Source: a virus (lineage: Duplodnaviria; Caudoviricetes). Taken from it: 63,905 nucleotides of DNA. The notes beneath the pieces are model-generated. The model searched no databases. It saw nothing but the letters and a program-made list of their open reading frames with translations, and was not told where the DNA came from. This document shows, one piece after another, positions 8,207 to 18,445 of this stretch (position 1 is its first letter; each line of letters opens with the position of its first letter). Made by a program: the position numbers and the translations under genes. The stretch spans positions 1 to 63,905 of the IMG/VR virus record IMGVR_UViG_3300037245_001426. One strand, 5' to 3'.

Positions 8207-8666
8207 GACGTTTTCTAGCTCTCTGAATCACTAAACGACTCAAATTCAACATTTCCGCGATTTCTTCATCAGTGTGACCGATGATTCTCAAATCAACAAT
8301 CTCCTTCAACAATTCGTCGCCGTCGATTGCAACCTTCAGTTGTTCCATTACGTCATACACAGCAATAGAATGATCAATTGTAGCGACCGGAAGCGTGAGT
8401 CTAATGCAGCTTCTGTGTTCGCGACGTTGTGGGGGTGTTATCGTTTCATTTATGCGTATCTCCTTTCCTAATAATTGATGGATGAAGTAGCAAATATATC
8501 CATAATAGTTGTCGTGATCGACTAGGCCCCTGTTTATACGGTCGACAGCCGTTACAACACCTTCCATTGCGGCACTATTCAAATCATCAGAAAGATGTCT
8601 AGCTTTGAGGATATACCAGCCTGCGATTTTCCTGGCAATACCTCTGTGTTGCTCAATCAGATCCAT
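8175..8666 (-). CDS. sigma-70 family sigma factor, ECF-sized (region 2 + region 4)
   Basis: 163 aa; LIEQH..IA..IA...DDL.SAAMEG (region 2); GHTDEEIAEMLNLS...IQRARKRL (region 4 HTH). Confidence 0.8.
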   Translation of the reverse strand: MDLIEQHRGIARKIAGWYILKARHLSDDLNSAAMEGVVTAVDRINRGLVDHDNYYGYICYFIHQLLGKEIRINETITPPQRREHRSCIRLTLPVATIDHSIAVYDVMEQLKVAIDGDELLKEIVDLRIIGHTDEEIAEMLNLSRLVIQRARKRLVKKMEKLNV

Positions 8667-8973
8667 TTGGGGTCCTTAGAATTTTCAGAATCCGCACAAC
8701 GTCTATGTCTACGTTATTCGGAAGTTTGACGCGTCCGGTATGCGGATCGCTTCGGCCGTCGCCTCTACGTCTGTGGTTGTGTGACGCCAGCGATGCCATA
8801 GCGGAACCTTCACGTGCGGCCGCCCTATCAATGTCATCTAACATAGGATTCTCTCCAAAATTGTTCTGGGATCGAAATCCCTCCAAAGAAACAGTATCCA
8901 CGATTTTTCTGATTTCAGAATCATGAGGGTGTCGTTACCGACTACCGACTTATACCACCCTTCACCTAGGAAC

Positions 8974-9477
8974 TCAAGATGAACCAGACCTTCTGGGTAG
9001 ACCGCACAGTGAAGCTGAGATTGGAGATCGTCCAGCGTCTCGCTTCGTAGTACCTTGTCGCAATGAAAGAGCTTCTGCAACATGCCTGCACCCCGGTCTC
9101 AGTTGATCCCATTCGTTGAAGTGTCCACTTACACACCCGCCAATTGCCATCTCTACGAATAGAGGGACTTCGTCCAGCACCAAAAAGGCGTAACGAAAAG
9201 CCTCTTTCAACTCAGGAATACCGGCGAACGTACCAGTGACTTTACCTTTTGATACGTCGTATAGCAGTCGGATGTACTCGTTCTCGGTCGGCAGCGGATT
9301 CTCCCGGCGTATCACCGGCAGGAACCTAGGAAACTCGTTATCAACATCCTTGATCTGAAGCCAGTAACCAACCTTCTTCGACCAGTAAAAGTCACCTACC
9401 TCCGCAGGTTCTGTGAGTTTTAGAATCCTCCAATCCTCGGGCACGCACTTAGGATGGTATACCTTTTCAATAGACAT
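8974..9477 (-). CDS. hypothetical protein
   Basis: ORF in early cluster. Confidence 0.5.
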   Translation of the reverse strand: MSIEKVYHPKCVPEDWRILKLTEPAEVGDFYWSKKVGYWLQIKDVDNEFPRFLPVIRRENPLPTENEYIRLLYDVSKGKVTGTFAGIPELKEAFRYAFLVLDEVPLFVEMAIGGCVSGHFNEWDQLRPGCRHVAEALSLRQGTTKRDAGRSPISASLCGLPRRSGSS

Positions 9478-9736
9478 TGATTCTGAAATCTCCTTTCAGG
9501 TCTATCCACACCTCGACTGGACTGTCAAGGTTCGTACACGTGTTGGTTTCCCGGATGTAAGTAACCACGTCGTCAGGATCAACCATGTCGACCGGCGCGT
9601 CCGGGAAGATGCACGCACACATCTCGTTCCAATCATCATCAGGCATTTGCTGAAGCGCCTCGTAGACGCTTTTTGGCTTACTTTGCCCGTGGATTGCATT
9701 GAAGAAGTCATCGCCAAAACTTAGTGAAAACGGCAT
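9467..9736 (-). CDS. acidic hypothetical protein
   Basis: ORF in early cluster. Confidence 0.55.
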   Translation of the reverse strand: MPFSLSFGDDFFNAIHGQSKPKSVYEALQQMPDDDWNEMCACIFPDAPVDMVDPDDVVTYIRETNTCTNLDSPVEVWIDLKGDFRINVY

Positions 9737-10644
9737 GTTGTTACCCCGCGTTGAAATCTCGGAGAATAATTCCGTCCGTACCTTCGTGGTCTAGTACCTT
9801 GCACGCGGACTGGACGGGATCGAACCACAGTCGTTTGCCCTCATCGCCTTCGGCTGCTAGTCTCCTAGCTGCCGACGGTGATTTTGCTCGTATGACACAT
9901 CCACACATAACATCGCGTCCGGGGTGTTTGTTCGTGATTAGGAAGAGTCTTTGCACGGTTTGTCCAACTTGTAAGAGATTTGGAGTTCCTCTCCTGATTT
10001 GAAAGTCACATCCTTGTCAAATGTGGTGATCATCCACCAGTTACCGTCAATAAGACCGACCTTACATTTGCTTGGTATCGCGCGTACTTTACCGTCTACC
10101 AAGCGACCTACAACAGCTTCAATTGGCCAACTCATACTCTCTCCTTCTTCGGGTTGTATTGCATAACCATGACTTTGACATGCTCTGGGTCACCAAGTAT
10201 TTCTCGTGCCTTGGTAAAGACATTCTCCTCAGTCACATCCTCGATTTCAGAATCAAGAATGAACCTAGGCATCTCGACAATGGCAGAATGTCCGTCGGCG
10301 GTGGGTTTCAGAGCGGTCGCGGTAGCCAGGTATTGCATCAGGATCTCCTCTGGCTATAAGCCATTTGAAACAAGCTTCGCAGATTACAAGAAGTCCATCA
10401 TCTGATTCCGGGCGGTAATGGTCCAGTATCAGGCCCTTGAACGGGATCAAGACTCCTTTCGATACTACAATCATTGCGGTTCCTCTTTAGCGGCCATCAG
10501 GCACTTTCTCCTTTGGGGCACGTACGTCCTCATTGATTCTGACATCCATACCCTTCTTGATTGATATTTTGTGGACGATACATCCTTTGTCACGGATAAT
10601 AAGTTCACCCTTACGGTGAATCGTCATTGAAACGATTTGTCTGG

Positions 10645-10851
10645 TCATGATACCGCCACCACGAGGCCATCCTCGATATCGACTTCGGCATACCAACGAT
10701 GCGGTTCGGGGTAATGTGGACCTTCAATTGCCGCACAACCATTGAAGGGCGGACAACCAAAGGGTCCAAGGTTCGAGACAGTAATTTCTTTACCGTCTTT
10801 GACAGCTTGCTTGAGAGCCTTCTTGGTCTTGAAATTCGGGTGAACGTACAT
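10645..10851 (-). CDS. small phage protein
   Basis: GGAG SD; KTKK.LK.AV...EGPHYP.PH.WYA. Confidence 0.65.
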   Translation of the reverse strand: MYVHPNFKTKKALKQAVKDGKEITVSNLGPFGCPPFNGCAAIEGPHYPEPHRWYAEVDIEDGLVVAVS

Positions 10852-11377
10852 ACTTTCTCCTGGGTTGGTAACAGAGCATTCTTACAGATTCCGGCAGGTT
10901 CTGGACATTTTTCACACCTTCATAGTCAGGCTTGATGTTGTATAGCACGGCTCCGAGCGCGGAGTAGAGTGCGGCGACCACTGCTACCGGAGCATAACTA
11001 CAGGAGCCCCAAGGTGGGGCGTCCGGACTTGAAGAGGCCATCGGAAAGAGGATGGACGTCATGATTTCAGAATCAGGAATGGTTGTAGTGTAGATTAGCT
11101 GGATACCCATAATCAGGCAGGCTTGTGGATATACGGAATCTAGGCCACCAACACAAGAAACGGTGACACCTGGCCTCGGGCGGAGAGTCCAGCTACCACG
11201 ACCTACGGAGCACCAGCCACCATTCTTCTTCGCGTCTTTGAGGTCTATCAAAGTAGAGAGGATCGACAAGCGTTCACGTCTTTGGGCCTCTTCGGTATCG
11301 CCCTGATCACGCAGTTGCTTGTGGTACCACCAGTCCTGTGCTTTTTGATTGAGCAAATCACTTAACAACATTTTCAC
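10790..11377 (-). CDS. hypothetical protein
   Basis: AAGGAG SD, 195 aa. Confidence 0.6.
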   Translation of the reverse strand: MKMLLSDLLNQKAQDWWYHKQLRDQGDTEEAQRRERLSILSTLIDLKDAKKNGGWCSVGRGSWTLRPRPGVTVSCVGGLDSVYPQACLIMGIQLIYTTTIPDSEIMTSILFPMASSSPDAPPWGSCSYAPVAVVAALYSALGAVLYNIKPDYEGVKNVQNLPESVRMLCYQPRRKYVRSPEFQDQEGSQASCQRR

Positions 11378-11711
11378 TCCTTAAATTATTGATACAAACG
11401 GATGGCCATGGCCCAACCCTCTTCGGTCGGCTGGAATCTCGCGACTTCCGAGTCAGGTCCGTGCAGTGTCGACGCGTATACATGGACGACGATACTCTCG
11501 GGCATCGGCTGTAGCGTGATCTTCGGCCGGGACGTGTCCCATTCGCTGCAGTGTGAAGTTTGTCTCGCCCTTACTGGCGCGTTTCCTAGGTTCCCAGTTC
11601 TCAATAAAGTAATCCAGCAGTTGCAGTACGTCTGACCAGGGAAAACGATTGCCAAAAGCAGGATCAACGCCGGCAGCCTCAAAGATTTCGTCATAACTCA
11701 TGATTTCAACC

Positions 11712-12020
11712 TCAATAGAGCCAATAGGAATCGAACTCGGAATGGGCGCAATCGATAGCCCATTGTGGGATCTCGATTGACGCGCAAAGATGGTTCGGAG
11801 CATGCTCAACGAACTCGTCAGGCGGTGCGCAGAAAGAAACGTCGGTGATGTGCAGATACCGGCGATTGAGAATGAAGGCGCGGCGTGATGGGCGGTGTAT
11901 GCACAGCACATAGGGGTGGGATATATCATGCAATTCCTGAGCATAATTGGCGTCATTCACAGCGATCTCTGATTTCAGAATCACTTCACGTAGCAAATTG
12001 TAGGCTCGACTTGATAGCAT
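11712..12020 (-). CDS. first gene of the early operon, hypothetical
   Basis: GGAG SD; directly downstream of the sigma70-type promoter. Confidence 0.6.
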   Translation of the reverse strand: MLSSRAYNLLREVILKSEIAVNDANYAQELHDISHPYVLCIHRPSRRAFILNRRYLHITDVSFCAPPDEFVEHAPNHLCASIEIPQWAIDCAHSEFDSYWLY

Positions 12021-12031
12021 TGGCAGTCTCC

Positions 12032-12165
12032 CAAAATCAAATCATTTTCCAGTTGAAGCGCGGACCTTCCCGCTATACAAGTATACCATACTTTCAGTCT
12101 CGGGTCAAGTTAAAATTAGGCGCTATACTATACGCGAAGGATCAAATTGATTTGATTTTGTCACT
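12032..12165. repeat. inverted CAAAATCAAATCA boxes (12032-12044 and 12148-12160) flanking the early promoter
   Basis: Exact 13-bp inverted pair; the same boxes occur at 27494 and 27803. Confidence 0.85.
12080..12108 (-). promoter_or_regulatory. sigma70-type promoter for the early operon
   Basis: Minus strand TTGACC-N17-TATACT with an extended -10 TG, in an intergenic gap. Confidence 0.8.
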
Positions 12166-12637
12166 CTGCGGTGGCGATCATTTGGAAAAGCCAATAGCAA
12201 TCAATGTCCATCCCTAAGCTGTCAAGATCACAAATCCGACCACGTGGATCGTAACATTCTGTCCCGTCCCACGCGACAGCGTGACCTACTCCATTGATCA
12301 CGCCCGTAATAATACCAATGGTTCCGGACATATACTGATCAAGACGCTCAGCGGGGCTGATTTTGAAATCGACCTCAAACGCCAAAGACTCCGGCCCCGG
12401 CGTTGAACACGGAACTGGTTGGATTGGCGTGACTGCCATGCCGTTTAGAGTCGCAACGTCAATGATCTCCTGCATATGAAATCCGCGGCGACCATTTGGG
12501 TCTTTTAGATCATGGTACATAATCTCCGCGCCATCGTGACCAATATACTCGATCACCGCCCACTTATGGACTTCCAGCACCATGGCCGCCGCCGTCGGCA
12601 GACAACTCCAAGCATTAGGATTACGTTGCAAAATCAC
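12161..12637 (-). CDS. papain-fold cysteine peptidase (C39-like)
   Basis: Q....WSCLPTAAAMV, GHAVAWDG, YDP. Confidence 0.65.
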   Translation of the reverse strand: MILQRNPNAWSCLPTAAAMVLEVHKWAVIEYIGHDGAEIMYHDLKDPNGRRGFHMQEIIDVATLNGMAVTPIQPVPCSTPGPESLAFEVDFKISPAERLDQYMSGTIGIITGVINGVGHAVAWDGTECYDPRGRICDLDSLGMDIDCYWLFQMIATAE

Positions 12638-12833
12638 GTAGATCTCCTCGTTCGGGAACCTTGGAAACTAGACGCTTATCGTGAATCGCATATTCTACAT
12701 ATTCAATTAGATCGCTAATGAGTCCACCGGAGAAATGCCCATCCTTATCAATGTTGTGCAAACTCCATGAGCCATCAGGCCTGATTGTAAGTACCAAATT
12801 AAAGCGTCCTAACAACGCCATGAGATCATTCAT
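12621..12833 (-). CDS. hypothetical protein
   Basis: Coupled ORF. Confidence 0.5.
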   Translation of the reverse strand: MNDLMALLGRFNLVLTIRPDGSWSLHNIDKDGHFSGGLISDLIEYVEYAIHDKRLVSKVPERGDLRDFAT

Positions 12834-13302
12834 CTTGACACTCCAAAAGGTCTTCAGTGATTTCGATAGCTTTGCTGGCGGCTTCCGCTAGCCTCTTCGG
12901 AATTAAGGACGCTAGGATCACGACTTTGACACCCTGTTCCTCTAAAAACTTTACCAGAGGCAGCAGTTCGGAGTCTGATGATCCGAGAATGACGCAATCC
13001 AGATCATCGTTGCGGAACATATCAATTAGCATCTCGACGTGCCAATTACAGCGTTTGATTTCACGATCACCGACTTTGAAAGTCAGTGGGCGCTTAGTCT
13101 TGGTGACGAATCCTGCGGCCCTAAGACACCCGATGAAACCACTGGCTTCATTGGCGATCTGCATAACATAGGCTAGGTTCAGTTCGGTTTCCCCAAAAAG
13201 GTCGGTAACCTTCTCGCGGTAAAGATCGTAGCACAACTTGTTCTTGAACTTCTTGTGAACTGTACGATACAGATTTGTGGTGTCGACAAAGATTCCGATC
13301 AT
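12826..13302 (-). CDS. NYN/LabA (PIN-fold) domain protein
   Basis: IFVDTTNL, ILGSSDSE, PLV..L...GV.V; some acidic residues are substituted. Confidence 0.8.
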   Translation of the reverse strand: MIGIFVDTTNLYRTVHKKFKNKLCYDLYREKVTDLFGETELNLAYVMQIANEASGFIGCLRAAGFVTKTKRPLTFKVGDREIKRCNWHVEMLIDMFRNDDLDCVILGSSDSELLPLVKFLEEQGVKVVILASLIPKRLAEAASKAIEITEDLLECQDE

Positions 13303-13725
13303 TGCTTCTTCTCCGTTTCTGTTCCCATAATGACGCCAAGCGCAGTTTTCAACCCCAACTCTGTTGCTTCTTCGCCGTCCAATTGGACTATAGCGAGACT
13401 GTTGAATTTGTATTCATCAGTCACTGGGAGCGTGCAAAGTGTCCTGCTACGTCCTCCTCGTGTTTCACGCCATGTTACCGCGAGCCCTTTAATGGGCACT
13501 TCTTTTTTCAATTTCGTTTTAGCTAGCGTCTTCACCGATAAAGTACCCCCGTGTGTTCCATGCCTAAATACTCTAATTCTTCCACCACTATGGCTGTGTC
13601 AAAAACTTGCTCTTCCTCAATTTCCGCCGTCAGCACTTGTTTCCCGTGAATACTGACGGAAATAGTGTCGCCCGGTTGGCAGTGTACTGATCCGCCAATA
13701 AATGGCATTTTGGTTAATACTTTCA

Positions 13726-14388
13726 TCAGTTCTTCCCCGTTTCTGCTTCCCACTCATCGTAGATCTTGACGCCGCTGCTGGTTCCGATGATGTCAGCTCC
13801 GGCTTCTAGGAAAGTACTAACTGTGCCAAGAATCTTGATGCCGCCGGACGCCTTGATTTCCAGACCGCCAAGTTCCTTCCATAATTTAACTGTGGCTACC
13901 TTTCTAGCCCAGTCATCATCAGGGCAGTACCCAGTCGACGTCTTGATACACTGGGCTCCGGAATCTAGGACAATGGAGTGCGCTGTTTTCTGTTCGTCCT
14001 CAGAAAGCCATCCTGATTCTACAATCACTTTGACCTTGAGTGGCTCGACAATCTTAACAATAGTTCGCAGTTCAAGCATAACATCCAGAAAACGCTCGGA
14101 CTTAAAGAGTCCAAGGTTCCAGACTACATCAAACTCAGTGGCGCCTGCTACACGTGCGGCAATGCACTCCGCGATTTTAGAATCAATCGAAGCGGCACCA
14201 AAAGGGAAACCAATGACCGTGGCCACAGGAATCTTATCCAACTCACATACGGCGTCATGCACCCAACATGAATTGACGCAAACTGACCGGAATCCGTAGT
14301 CCATTGCCTCACTACAAAGATCAACAATGTCTCTGTACGTGGCCGTCGGCTTAAGTAATGTGTGGTCGATCTTACTAGATATAGACAT
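13726..14388 (-). CDS. deoC: deoxyribose-phosphate aldolase
   Basis: IDHTLLKP, TVIGFPFG, EFDVV, KVIVE, IKTSTG, IKASGGI, IGTSSG; start likely MSISS. Confidence 0.93.
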   Translation of the reverse strand: MSISSKIDHTLLKPTATYRDIVDLCSEAMDYGFRSVCVNSCWVHDAVCELDKIPVATVIGFPFGAASIDSKIAECIAARVAGATEFDVVWNLGLFKSERFLDVMLELRTIVKIVEPLKVKVIVESGWLSEDEQKTAHSIVLDSGAQCIKTSTGYCPDDDWARKVATVKLWKELGGLEIKASGGIKILGTVSTFLEAGADIIGTSSGVKIYDEWEAETGKN

Positions 14389-14797
14389 GATCGGTCTCCT
14401 GGTCCCAGAATCGTTCGATTTCAAGGTCAACTTGGTCAGGGTCAGCACAATGAATAATGTTGAACCTGATCGGTTGACCACCTAAGTCGCCCCTAATCGT
14501 CCCAGGTCTAGCGTCGGCGCTATCAGTTGAACCCACCATCGCCCTTACCTGACCGACGATATTATCTGGTCCTTTGAGTACGATACCAATCAAAAGCGAT
14601 AGTGCTAAAAAATGCGCGTTCTTCTCTAGTATGTCTGGCGGCAAATGACCATAATGCTGCCATGCCCATTCGTTACTCTTGCGAGCCATCCGCATCCGAA
14701 TTATATCGAAACGCTTGGCCTCAAATCTGGACAGCACTTCACCCACTAGACGGCGTGCTACACAGTCTGGTTTTAGAATCACGAATGCGGTTTTCAT
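14375..14797 (-). CDS. ndk: nucleoside diphosphate kinase
   Basis: FVILKPD, R.MVGST, PGTIRGD, NIIH. Confidence 0.93.
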   Translation of the reverse strand: MKTAFVILKPDCVARRLVGEVLSRFEAKRFDIIRMRMARKSNEWAWQHYGHLPPDILEKNAHFLALSLLIGIVLKGPDNIVGQVRAMVGSTDSADARPGTIRGDLGGQPIRFNIIHCADPDQVDLEIERFWDQETDHVYI

Positions 14798-14930
14798 TTG
14801 AAGTCACTTTCTGAAAAAGGAAACTCGATAATAATAGAAAAGAACGCTACGAAAATATGGAATACCTTGGAGCATGTGCAATACTCGAAACCAAATAGCA
14901 CAGATAGCCAATCCCAACGGAAACGTATTC

Positions 14931-15104
14931 TCATTTGTAGTATACTCCAGGAAAATAGACTGACCTAGTTACGTCAATGTCATCGAAGTTCACATCTATG
15001 ACTATATTCACGCCGGCAGTAACAATTGGTATTTTTGATTCTGAACTCTCTACGGTTTTCCCATCCTATATATGCTCAATGCGTAGGATACCATATTCAC
15101 TCAT
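14931..15104 (-). pseudogene. small ORF interrupted by one in-frame TAG (15066-15068)
   Basis: MSEYGILRIEHI*DGKTVESSESKIPIVTAGVNIVIDVNFDDIDVTRSVYFPGVYYK; ATGA overlaps at both ends. Confidence 0.55.
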
Positions 15105-15448
15105 TTGTCGTATCCTCCCATGTATATCCAGAGGTTTGACTTCTTGAATAACTTATCGTACTCACGCTGCGTGGCCGCTGACATTATCCAAATTCCGATA
15201 CCGCCAGCGATCATTTGAGGGAAGAATTCCCACTGTGCTGGTGTGAACTTCCATTTCACAGGCATTTTGACTTCAACCCACCGTGGTCCGTACTTCCGCT
15301 GAAAAATGTACAAATCAGGAAAACCACGCTGATACAGGTTACCTGTGGTCGGCATCACGACCCAGCCACGCTCCCTCAAAAACATCTCTATATTACGCTG
15401 CAAAATAGTTTCTGGTTTTACGTTGCTAGTGATTTTTTGTTTCTGCAC
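15101..15448 (-). CDS. VRR-NUC domain nuclease (putative Holliday junction resolvase)
   Basis: E..LQ, GFPDL, WVEVK, TPAQ; GTG start after GGAGG. Confidence 0.85.
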   Translation of the reverse strand: MQKQKITSNVKPETILQRNIEMFLRERGWVVMPTTGNLYQRGFPDLYIFQRKYGPRWVEVKMPVKWKFTPAQWEFFPQMIAGGIGIWIMSAATQREYDKLFKKSNLWIYMGGYDK

Positions 15449-15801
15449 CGTAGCCTCCCGAAGATATTGGGTCGTTTGTTGCGCCACTTCTTTATAAGTG
15501 CGTCCTTGGCCTTGGCCCAAATCTGTTGTTCCTGGAGATCCTTTATCCCCAACAACGTGTACCGCTTCCACACTTCTTCTGGAACTAAGGCGCGCGCCTT
15601 GACCGCTGCAGCAAACTCGTGCGACATTGACAAGTCGTGAAGCCAATCGTAAGCGTCGACTAGTGTACGTAGCTTCTTCCGTTCTACATTGATTTGTAAC
15701 CTCTTTTCCGGAACCCCGGACGCTAGTAGAACAGGACGCATCCCGTCCAACAACTCAGTCAGTTTCTCATGGCATACTTGTAGAGCTTCTGGCATGTTCA
15801 C
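15418..15801 (-). CDS. hypothetical protein
   Basis: Coupled ORF. Confidence 0.55.
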   Translation of the reverse strand: MNMPEALQVCHEKLTELLDGMRPVLLASGVPEKRLQINVERKKLRTLVDAYDWLHDLSMSHEFAAAVKARALVPEEVWKRYTLLGIKDLQEQQIWAKAKDALIKKWRNKRPNIFGRLRCRNKKSLAT

Positions 15802-16136
15802 TCCTGAAGTGCTAAAATCAACTCGGCTTTGCCCATCTTAGAATAATACTTGATACCTCGCATACTGGCCATTTTACGTAAATAATCAAACGGTCGTTTA
15901 TCCAATCCGCTTCCAATCAAAATATTCTCCATCAACAGACGCAACTTATCCGGGTCAGCCTTGTCAATGTAATGCGTGAATTTGTCGCGCTCCCCATCGC
16001 TGGAGATATTCCATACTTCAGTGAACTCATCGCTCTGTATCAAACGGTCCTGGCTCCTGTAATCGCACAATATCAGACGATGCAGTTTACGAAAAATGTT
16101 TACTTGTCCGCCCAAGATTTCTCCTCCTTTGTCCAC
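15798..16136 (-). CDS. protein with C-terminal Rho-N/HeH-like motif
   Basis: LRKMASMRGIKYYSKMGKAELILAL. Confidence 0.6.
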   Translation of the reverse strand: MDKGGEILGGQVNIFRKLHRLILCDYRSQDRLIQSDEFTEVWNISSDGERDKFTHYIDKADPDKLRLLMENILIGSGLDKRPFDYLRKMASMRGIKYYSKMGKAELILALQE

Positions 16137-18358
16137 TCCATTTTAATCAATGGGATTTGCTCCCGGTAGGACTCAACCTCATCACGTACTATCTCTGCGA
16201 CTTGATCTACAGTTTCTGGTCGTTGTGCGACGTGGATTTCGTCATGGATGTTTAGTGGCTGTACTACCCACTGTGATACCCCTATTGGTTGAATATCCCA
16301 AATCTTGCGTTGGACAGCTTTTGTTATTTGTGCGCCCGAACTCTGTATCCTATGGTTAGCAGCGGCCCGCATGTTGGACGCTTGTACCGCGAACGCTGCT
16401 GCAAACATAGCAGATCTGCATGCGCCCGCAGCAGTTTGCAATCGGTCACGACGCTTGACTTTGATTCTGACATACTCCCACGCTTTCGGTGGACTCTCAC
16501 CTAACTGGAACAACGCCTTGCAGACCTTGTTCTCAAGAGTGAAATACCTTTTGAATCCAAGTAACGACTCAATATGCTCGGCCGGCTCATGCCATATTAC
16601 TTGTGATCCAATGCCACCGGGTTGGCGCATTGAACAGAATTGATCGAAAATCCTCTTTCTAGCGCGCCCAACTCCAGGGTATCGTTTAGCGAAACCCTCG
16701 CTGGCTTTGATGGCGATGTCTTCATCGATACCGAGCTTCTTTGCCATTCCTTCTGGAGTTCCGCCGTATAGGTTCAGGAAGATTCCGCGCTTACCATCAT
16801 TGTAATGGTTGGTAGTTCCCTTAGTGGCCATCACCTGTTCGTATGGTATATCAAAAAGTTGCTCTGCGAATAGGCCGTGTATCTTTTTACCTGCCATAAG
16901 GTCTGCGCGTAGCTTGTCGCACTTATAGTCAGCTTCCGCCAGCACAATCTCAAAAGCGTCGAAGTCACCGCCGCTCAGTACGAATCCACAATCAAAATCA
17001 GCCAAAGGAAAACAGCGTCTGACGTAATCATCATTCTTAATTCCTTGTGCGTTCAGATCGTCAGCGCCGGACATTCTTGAAGACTTGGTTCCGATTACCT
17101 TCAAGGACGCATGGAACCTCTTAGCCAGGATTAGCTTGTCGTAGTTCTCAATCTCCTTTGCAGCCCGCCTGGACTCTAGGACACTTCTAGCCCTGACTGC
17201 CGCTGGGTGAGGTTCACCGTCGTCTGACAACCACCCTAGTGAATGATCCCAGGTACCTGAAGAATCATTCCCCGAGATTGATTCTAAAATCTCCTTACCT
17301 GTGCCCCCGTGCAAGACAATAATCTCATCCTCGTCCATTACCTCTTTGAGGTACTTCTTAACAACACCTGGAGCGGTAGGTGTGGTTCCTTTTAGAATCA
17401 ATGCCTTCTGTCGCAATTCTATCAGTTTAGGCAGGTCGACTGAGAATCCTTTCCATCGGACGGCGGCCACCATGCACGCTAACTCACTGTCATCGTCTCC
17501 TGGTTCCGGGCTTCCGAAGTATTCATACAACCCTCGTGTGTACGTTACATCATCCTCGGCGTACTGCCGCGCCAGAGTATGGTACTTCCAGTGTGATATG
17601 TGAGACTGTATCCACCTCGGCCACGCATTCTTCCAATCGTCCGGGGTTCCTACTGCCAGTGCGTAGGGAGCGTAACCGTACTCTTTGATCTTTTCAGAAT
17701 CTGGGCTGATGTCAGTATACCGCAACAGTACGTCTTCCTTGATGTTCAGTGCGTGTTTAGCCAACTCTTTCAATTGCCCAGACGGGTGGAGGGTCAGAAC
17801 AATATCCTTGAAGTTAGGATCTAGTTCCCCGTCCGACTTGAAACAATCAGCAATCTTCCATTGTGTGGCACGCTTGTCTTTACGCTTGGCAAAGAATATG
17901 TCGTCCAGATGAATTACCCTCTCCAACTCGTCGCAGACCAGACCAGAAAGTCTGGTAGGAATGCGTTTGACCCTGATCGGGTGGCGTTTCATCAGATTCT
18001 GGTACTTACCTTTACGCGCGTGCAGCATTATGTCGCAGGCCGAAGCAGGTTTGATGCAGAAATCAGAAGCTCTGGCTTTCTCCTCAAGGATTGCTATCTC
18101 ATTGATGTGCTGCTCTGGGATCTTGTCATAATCATCGACCAAGGATAATGTGGTGTAACACTTGGAGATGTGAAACCAGTCGAACGCAAGATTGAATCCG
18201 CATACTGGCTTTGATGCTAGCCACTCCAGCAGTTGCAACGTCTCTCCAATTGGGTTCTTCCAAATATCCCACTTAACGATTGGGCCGTCATCCTCTGCGT
18301 ATTGCAAAAGGACAGCGAAACCGTGGAGGCCGCAAGTTTCTGTATCGAAGAATATCAT
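16100..18358 (-). CDS. family A DNA polymerase with 3'-5' exonuclease
   Basis: Exo DTET, FNLAFD, YAEDD; motif A DFDAFE, motif B K..IF...YG, motif C IHDE. Confidence 0.9.
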   Translation of the reverse strand: MIFFDTETCGLHGFAVLLQYAEDDGPIVKWDIWKNPIGETLQLLEWLASKPVCGFNLAFDWFHISKCYTTLSLVDDYDKIPEQHINEIAILEEKARASDFCIKPASACDIMLHARKGKYQNLMKRHPIRVKRIPTRLSGLVCDELERVIHLDDIFFAKRKDKRATQWKIADCFKSDGELDPNFKDIVLTLHPSGQLKELAKHALNIKEDVLLRYTDISPDSEKIKEYGYAPYALAVGTPDDWKNAWPRWIQSHISHWKYHTLARQYAEDDVTYTRGLYEYFGSPEPGDDDSELACMVAAVRWKGFSVDLPKLIELRQKALILKGTTPTAPGVVKKYLKEVMDEDEIIVLHGGTGKEILESISGNDSSGTWDHSLGWLSDDGEPHPAAVRARSVLESRRAAKEIENYDKLILAKRFHASLKVIGTKSSRMSGADDLNAQGIKNDDYVRRCFPLADFDCGFVLSGGDFDAFEIVLAEADYKCDKLRADLMAGKKIHGLFAEQLFDIPYEQVMATKGTTNHYNDGKRGIFLNLYGGTPEGMAKKLGIDEDIAIKASEGFAKRYPGVGRARKRIFDQFCSMRQPGGIGSQVIWHEPAEHIESLLGFKRYFTLENKVCKALFQLGESPPKAWEYVRIKVKRRDRLQTAAGACRSAMFAAAFAVQASNMRAAANHRIQSSGAQITKAVQRKIWDIQPIGVSQWVVQPLNIHDEIHVAQRPETVDQVAEIVRDEVESYREQIPLIKMEWTKEEKSWADK

Positions 18359-18445
18359 GGTAGTCCTATGATACAAGCCAAACGTAAAACAATACTGACC
18401 GCGCTAGTATGGCCAACGTACCGGACTCGAATTGGTAAGTTACGT

